From: Eledone cirrhosa | Lineage: Eukaryota | NCBI GenBank assembly: GCA_964016885.1 | Contig: OZ024745.1 | Coordinates: 60,822,001-60,886,000 of the forward strand | Reading direction: 5' to 3' | DNA: 64,000 nucleotides | Shown: one piece after another, positions 54,438-64,000 of the stretch | How the letters are laid out: each line of letters opens with the position of its first letter | How positions within the stretch are numbered: position 1 is the first letter of the stretch | Notes under the pieces: model-generated | Told to the model about the DNA's origin: nothing | The model's database searches: none | What the model saw: only the letters and a program-made list of their open reading frames with translations | Made by a program: the position numbers and the translations under genes

Positions 54438-54888
54438 TGTATATATATGTATATACATATATATATATATGTATATATATATACATATATATACATATAT
54501 ATATATATATATGTATATATGTATTTATATATACATATATATATATGTATGTATGTATATATGTGTATATATGTATATATATATATACATATATATGTAT
54601 ATATATGTATATATACATATATATGTATATATATGTATATATATATATGAATATATATATATATATGTATATATATGTATATATATATACATATATATAT
54701 ATGCATATATAATAAATACAATATCGGAGAAAGCTTTTTAGCGATATCCGGCCAAATTCCAACTCACTCAACAAACATTAGGAAATAAGTGATTATATTC
54801 CCAATTATGTGTTCGGGGTGCTAACTAAAAGTATTGCGTGGAAAATTGGCTGTATTATTTCAAATGAGACATATCTAATATATCTCCT

Positions 54889-55015
54889 CCCAGACGGACG
54901 TCTCGTTTCATTACAGGACTCCTACAGTTTGGGTGAAATTATACCAATTTATGTAGGAGCTTGTATACCATCAATAGATATATATTCAAGTGGGCTCCTA
55001 TAATTCATCAGTGGG
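54889..55015 (-). ncRNA. Type I hammerhead with long stem II
   Basis: CCCA CTGATGA ATTATAGGA...TCCTGTAAT GAAACG AGACGTC CGTC^ TGGG. Confidence 0.8.
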
Positions 55016-55390
55016 TGCCCCAATAATACTAATATTGATAATCTAACCAACATCAGCATTTAGCGATAATCACTTTCTGTGCCTGAGGTATCTGTCAGGT
55101 AGCCAGTCCAGCAGTTCTGAAAGAAGTGCTCGAACTGATTCAAAAAATGAGGAAGTGAATTTCCGCCAAAAAAAATAATACATGCGCGTGACAATGAACT
55201 CTGAAAGGAATTCAGGCCACGTGCTAAGAACTCAATTGGAAATTGAAAAAATATCTATGTGTGTACAACATTTGATGACACACACAGATATTTTCTCGGG
55301 CAAAATAACAGAATGAGATATAAGGAACAATCAATATTCATATATAAAAAATAAACAAAGAAATGCTAACCCTATACCATATTTATATAC

Positions 55391-55442
<52 letters not shown>

Positions 55443-55492
55443 ATATATATACACACACACATATATATATATATATATATGTCTATATATAC

Positions 55493-55541
<49 letters not shown>

Positions 55542-55591
55542 CATATATATACATATATATACATATATATACACATATATACATATATGTA

Positions 55592-55622
<31 letters not shown>

Positions 55623-55697
55623 GTATATATGTATATATGTATATATATATGTATATATATATACATATATTTATATATATATATATGTATATATATG

Positions 55698-55728
<31 letters not shown>

Positions 55729-55813
55729 CGGTAGATATATGTATATATATATATATGTGTATATATATGTATATATATATACATATAAATATATATATAT
55801 CTGTATATATATG

Positions 55814-55846
<33 letters not shown>

Positions 55847-55863
55847 GCATATATATATATATT

Positions 55864-55934
<71 letters not shown>

Positions 55935-56134
55935 TTATATATGTATATATGTATATATATATATATATATGTATATTTATGTATATTTATGTATATATAT
56001 ATATATGTATATGTATATATATACATATATAAATATATATATGTATATATACATACACATATATATATATGTCTATATATACATATATATACATATATAT
56101 ATATATATACACACATATATGTATATATATATAC

Positions 56135-56183
<49 letters not shown>

Positions 56184-56222
56184 TATACATATATATACAT
56201 ATATATATACATATATATATAC

Positions 56223-56294
<72 letters not shown>

Positions 56295-56324
56295 TATATA
56301 TATATATATATTAAATATAAACAT

Positions 56325-57860
56325 TAAATATAACATCTTTTGGAAAAAGATTTCTTCTGCATCCTCGTACTTGAACAGTTCTCTATCTAAAATCTGTAAT
56401 CTCTTCCTAAATGAAAAATTTACCATTATCTCTAACCTAGAATCCATAATAAATAGACGCTCGGATTTGTTTTCCATCTGCCTTCATAAATTCCATAGAA
56501 CTTTTCACAAAGTATACAGTTAATATTCAATTCTTTATCAATTTAGAATCTTTTCTCAAAGGCACATATACATACACCTCTTTAAAATATACCCATCTAC
56601 CTTACTTTAAAGGGCATTATACACTCTATAGTACTCGTTTATTCATTTACCTCATCCTATCTTCTCGTAAAACAATAACATTTGTTTTTGACATTTTGAA
56701 TATTCATCCGCAATCATTATTATTTTTTTTCCCTCTATCATAAATCTTTTTAATCTCAATTTCATCCTTAATTTATTATTATATATATTTTTTTTAATAT
56801 ATACTCATATATTCTTTAAAATATACCCATCTACCTTACTTTAAAGGGCATTATACACTCTATAATACCCGTTTACTCATCACCCTCATTATATCTCTTC
56901 GTAAAACAATAACATTTGTTTTTGACATTTTGAGTATTCATCCGCAATCATTATTATTTTTTCTCTCTATCATAAATCTTTTTAATCTCAATTTCATCCT
57001 TAATTTATTATTATTATTTTTTTCTCCCCATCAACGAACTCATTATTAATACATATGAATTCAATATAAAAACTTTAACTTCACATTTTTCTCAAATCCT
57101 ATACATAAACATTTTCTCTTTGCTAATTTTAAGATTCCTACATTTCTCCTTTTGAATATTCACCCACAATTATTATTTTTTTCTCTCTATCTCCATACAT
57201 AATCTCCCTTCGTTATTTTTTTCTCTCTATCTCCATACATAATTTCCCTTCGTTAATTTTCAAATTCCTTTAATTTATACATTATCTTCCAACGGTTCCC
57301 AACCTCTCTATATTAAAACATTATATCTTTTTCTCAGTTATAAAAACTATCTCTTTCTCTCTATCACCCATCTCTCCCTTTCCACCTTCACTCTCATCTC
57401 CTCCCCTTTTTTTCATCCTTTCCACCCCCACCCCTCCCTAAATATAATATATTTTTTCCTCGCACATATCCTCCCTTCGTTAATTTTCAAAATTTTTAAT
57501 TTATACAGTATCTTCCAACGGTTTTCAACCCCTCTATATAAAATATATCTCCTCTCTGTTATAAAAACTATCTCTTTCTCTCTATCACCCATCTCTCCCT
57601 CTCATCTCCTTCCCTTTTCATCCTTTTCTCTCCCCCCCTCTCTAAATAAAATATTTTTCCCAATATCACACATCAATCTAAAACCACTTTTCATATGTTG
57701 ATTTAAAACTGCACTATCAACAAGTGTTTTTTTAGCCTTCATATCATGTTCTCCTGTTTTATCTGATGAAAACACAAATATTATTGTTTGATGATGTTTG
57801 TTTTTGAAATGCGCATAATAAAATATATTGAACTCCTTTAACCATCTTTTGATCTTATAT
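56325..57860 (+). mobile_element. Penelope-like element 3' end: ORF tail, long G-poor UTR, hammerhead at 57756-57824
   Basis: [35 protein letters not shown] resembles the PLE C-terminal W..Y..C.LC..EK..LN.RSE..C.H pattern. Hammerhead GTTTTAT CTGATGA ... GAAAT GCGC ATA^ ATAAAAT. Confidence 0.7.
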
Positions 57861-58027
57861 TATATATATATATATATGTATATATATATACTTATATATA
57901 CATATATATATATGTGTATATGTATATATATATACATATATATATATATGTATATATATGTATATATATATACATATATATATATATGTATATATATATG
58001 TATATATATATATACATATATATATAA

Positions 58028-58058
<31 letters not shown>

Positions 58059-58125
58059 CATTTATATACATATATATATATATATGTATATATATATACA
58101 TATAAACATATATATATGTATATAC

Positions 58126-58245
<120 letters not shown>

Positions 58246-58256
58246 ATATATATATA

Positions 58257-58315
<59 letters not shown>

Positions 58316-58458
58316 TTATGTATATTTATGTATATATATATATATGTATATGTATATATATACATATATAAATATATATATGTATATATACATACATATA
58401 TATATATATATATGTCTATATATACATATATATACATATATATATACACACATATATG

Positions 58459-58490
<32 letters not shown>

Positions 58491-58491
58491 C

Positions 58492-58611
<120 letters not shown>

Positions 58612-58703
58612 ATATATATACTTATATATACATATAAATATATGTATATATGTATATATATATACATATATAAATATATGTATATATATGTATATATATA
58701 TAC

Positions 58704-58735
<32 letters not shown>

Positions 58736-58736
58736 G

Positions 58737-58780
<44 letters not shown>

Positions 58781-58786
58781 CATATA

Positions 58787-58845
<59 letters not shown>

Positions 58846-58856
58846 ATATATATATA

Positions 58857-58913
<57 letters not shown>

Positions 58914-59058
58914 TTATGTATATTTATGTATATATATATATATGTATATGTATATATATACATATATAAATATATATATGTATATATACATACACATATA
59001 TATATATATGCCTATATATACATATATATACATATATATATATATACACACATATATG

Positions 59059-59189
<131 letters not shown>

Positions 59190-59290
59190 GTATATATATG
59201 TATATATGTATATATATATACTTATATATACATATATATATATGTATATATGTATATATATATACATATATATATATATGTATATATATG

Positions 59291-59348
<58 letters not shown>

Positions 59349-59412
59349 CATATATATACATATATATATATATGTATATATATATACATATAAACATATA
59401 TATATATATATG

Positions 59413-60431
<1,019 letters not shown>

Positions 60432-60471
60432 TTGTTTCGACACACGATTTCATATCAAAAACCTCGCAAAA

Positions 60472-60575
<104 letters not shown>

Positions 60576-60583
60576 TATATGTA

Positions 60584-60723
<140 letters not shown>

Positions 60724-60908
60724 CAAACATCACGGGCGCTCTATCTCAAAATTATTTTTGGAAAGCATTAGAAATGCGCAACCGGTAAAAACTTAAAACA
60801 AAAACTGAATACTAACCAATACTTATTACTAATTTTTACTTATTCCTAATTAAACTATTTTTCACTGGGAACAATTTGTCAGCATTTTCTTTTCCTTTTA
60901 CTAATATA

Positions 60909-61717
<809 letters not shown>

Positions 61718-61882
61718 ATATAACTACTCTGTAAAACAACCGATGTTATTACATTGAGCTATTTATCTTACTGGTAATAAGATAGTAATTAATGACTATC
61801 TTTCACTATTTAGGGTTTGTATACAAAAATATATAACCATAAAAGGTTTTATTACATACATAACCATAAATAGTATCCTTAA

Positions 61883-61951
<69 letters not shown>

Positions 61952-61955
<4 letters not shown>

Positions 61956-62560
61956 TTTTAATGCAATGAAATATCAATGATGGTTGGCAAATCACTGACG
62001 AAGGACTATTTTTATCATATGTAACCCATGTGCAACCACGCAGTATACTTCTTTCTTCTCATGTTTTTTATATGTATTTACCTCGGCTGCGTTTGTCTGT
62101 TTCTCTCTTACTGCTTCCCCGTTTTCTCTGTTGCTCTCACCTTCTTTCGCCCCCTCTGTCAGTTACACTTTCTCTCGACTGACCACTTCCTCGCACTTCC
62201 ACTCACTCACTCTCTGTTTCTCCCCTTCTCACTTCCTCCCGTTTGGCTTGTAGTGGGTTCTCTTCTTGCTCACATCTCACTCACGTCGGACGGTCTGTAT
62301 CACGATCGCTCATGGAATCCACCCAGCTTATGCTGACCGGATAACCATGTTGCTTGTTTATTCCTATCTTTGCGTTGCTTTCATCCTTCTATGTTGTTTA
62401 CTTGTCTCACTCGCTTTATTTAGCTATTGCTCGCACCAACCTGAGGTATATGATTTTTTAATGCGATGAGTTATCAATGATGGTTGGCAAATCACTGACG
62501 AAGCACTATTTTTATCATATGTAACCCATGTGCAGCCACGCAGTATTCTTCTTTCTTCTC

Positions 62561-62569
<9 letters not shown>
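61952..62569 (+). mobile_element. Retrozyme-like repeat of the rewired-hammerhead family: 499-bp monomer plus terminal redundancy
   Basis: 61952-62069 repeats from 62451. Homologous to 3606-4550 and 11150-11377. (TA)n on both sides. Confidence 0.8.
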
Positions 62570-62616
<47 letters not shown>

Positions 62617-62747
62617 GAAGTTATATTTAATTTGTTGGGATACAACAACCAAATATTTTTATAACTGATATAAAGCACTCAACAAAATTTTTGGAGTAAA
62701 AATACAATATATTAACAAATGGAAACTATATTTATAAAACCATATTT

Positions 62748-62810
62748 ATTTCATTATACATATTTCAAGGACACCAAAGCAAATTATGGTGCGCTTTCAT
62801 CAGATAAAAT
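62748..62810 (-). ncRNA. Minimal type I hammerhead
   Basis: ATTTTAT CTGATGA AAG-CGCACCA..TGGTGTC-CTT GAAAT ATGT ATA^ ATGAAAT. Confidence 0.7.
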
Positions 62811-63047
62811 ATAATATAGATCAGTTTTATAAACAAATATTGACATACCCTTAAAAGAATGCGACCATGTCGGTTGGAAGCGCCACACACACGCACGCAC
62901 ACACGCATATACATACATATAAACACATACATATACACATACACACACATATATATATATATATACATACATATATACATACATACATATATACACATAT
63001 ATATAGACACATATATACATATACACACATACATACATATATATATA

Positions 63048-63114
<67 letters not shown>

Positions 63115-63250
63115 CACACATATTCATACATACACATACACACGCACATGCATATATATGTGTAGGAGGTGAGTTTTATTGTAGTACAATAAAGCAATGC
63201 AGATATCGGATAAGAAGCACTCTACAGTTTGTAGGACTGGAGTATACATA

Positions 63251-63470
63251 ATATATAAGATCAAAAGATGTTTAAATGAGTTCCATGTATTTTATTATGC
63301 GCATTTCAAAAACAAATATCATCATGCAATAACATTTGTGTTTTCATCATATCCTGTCTTCCTATTTTATCTGATGAAAACACAAATGTTATTGCATGAT
63401 GATATTTGTTTTTGAAATGCGCATAATAAAATACATGGAACTCATTTAACCATCTTTTGATCTTATATAT
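63251..63470. repeat. Fold-back (99-bp arms, 22-bp spacer) with hammerhead at 63364-63432 (+)
   Basis: ATTTTAT CTGATGA ... GAAAT GCGC ATA^ ATAAAAT. Same family as 57756. Confidence 0.85.
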
Positions 63471-64000
63471 ATATATATATATACATATATATATACATAC
63501 ATATACACACACACACACAGTCATACATATATACACACACGTACATACACGCACATACATACACACATATATACACGCATACATACGCACACACATATAT
63601 ATATAGATATATGTACACACACCTACATACACACGTACACAATTAATTATAAGAAAATAATAATTAAAAAAATAATAATAAAAAATAATGCAAAAGGCCG
63701 TCACATTAAAATAAAAAAATATACGACTTAAGAAAATAAAAAATAATAAACATTGTTATAACGTTGACAGCGATACAGGAACGGACACAACTAAATAAAC
63801 AAACACACGTGGTTAGCAATACACACATATTTACGCATACACATACTTACATATAAATAAATAAATAAATACACACATACATACATATATATAATTATGC
63901 ATACATACACATATATACACATACAATTACATACATATATATATATATATACACACACGCATACATACACTCACACACACACACACATATATATATATAT

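Overview
AT-rich, repeat-saturated animal genomic DNA. The SINE, LINE and microsatellite content looks like an octopus or other coleoid cephalopod (inference only). I can support no intact host protein-coding gene; almost all supplied ORFs are microsatellite translations. The window holds decayed LINEs (CR1-, RTE-, R4/Dong-, CRE- and Tx1-like), tRNA-derived SINEs, hAT and Tc1/mariner MITEs, Helentron-like elements, an internally deleted Chapaev3-like transposon with TIRs and a 3-bp TSD, a 20 x 48-bp minisatellite, and many Penelope-like (PLE) fragments inserted into (TA)n arrays. The PLE and retrozyme-like fragments carry about 20 canonical type I hammerhead ribozyme motifs and about 11 fold-back inverted repeats. 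The main finding is a hammerhead with a strand order that fits none of types I, II or III. It occurs in two sequence-unrelated repeat families (3884-3984, 4399-4499, 11211-11314, 61952-62504 on +; 12735-12850 on -) with six helices kept by compensatory changes. One genomic copy begins at its predicted cleavage site. The geometry suggests it assembles only between two copies. All folds were read by eye and none has been tested.
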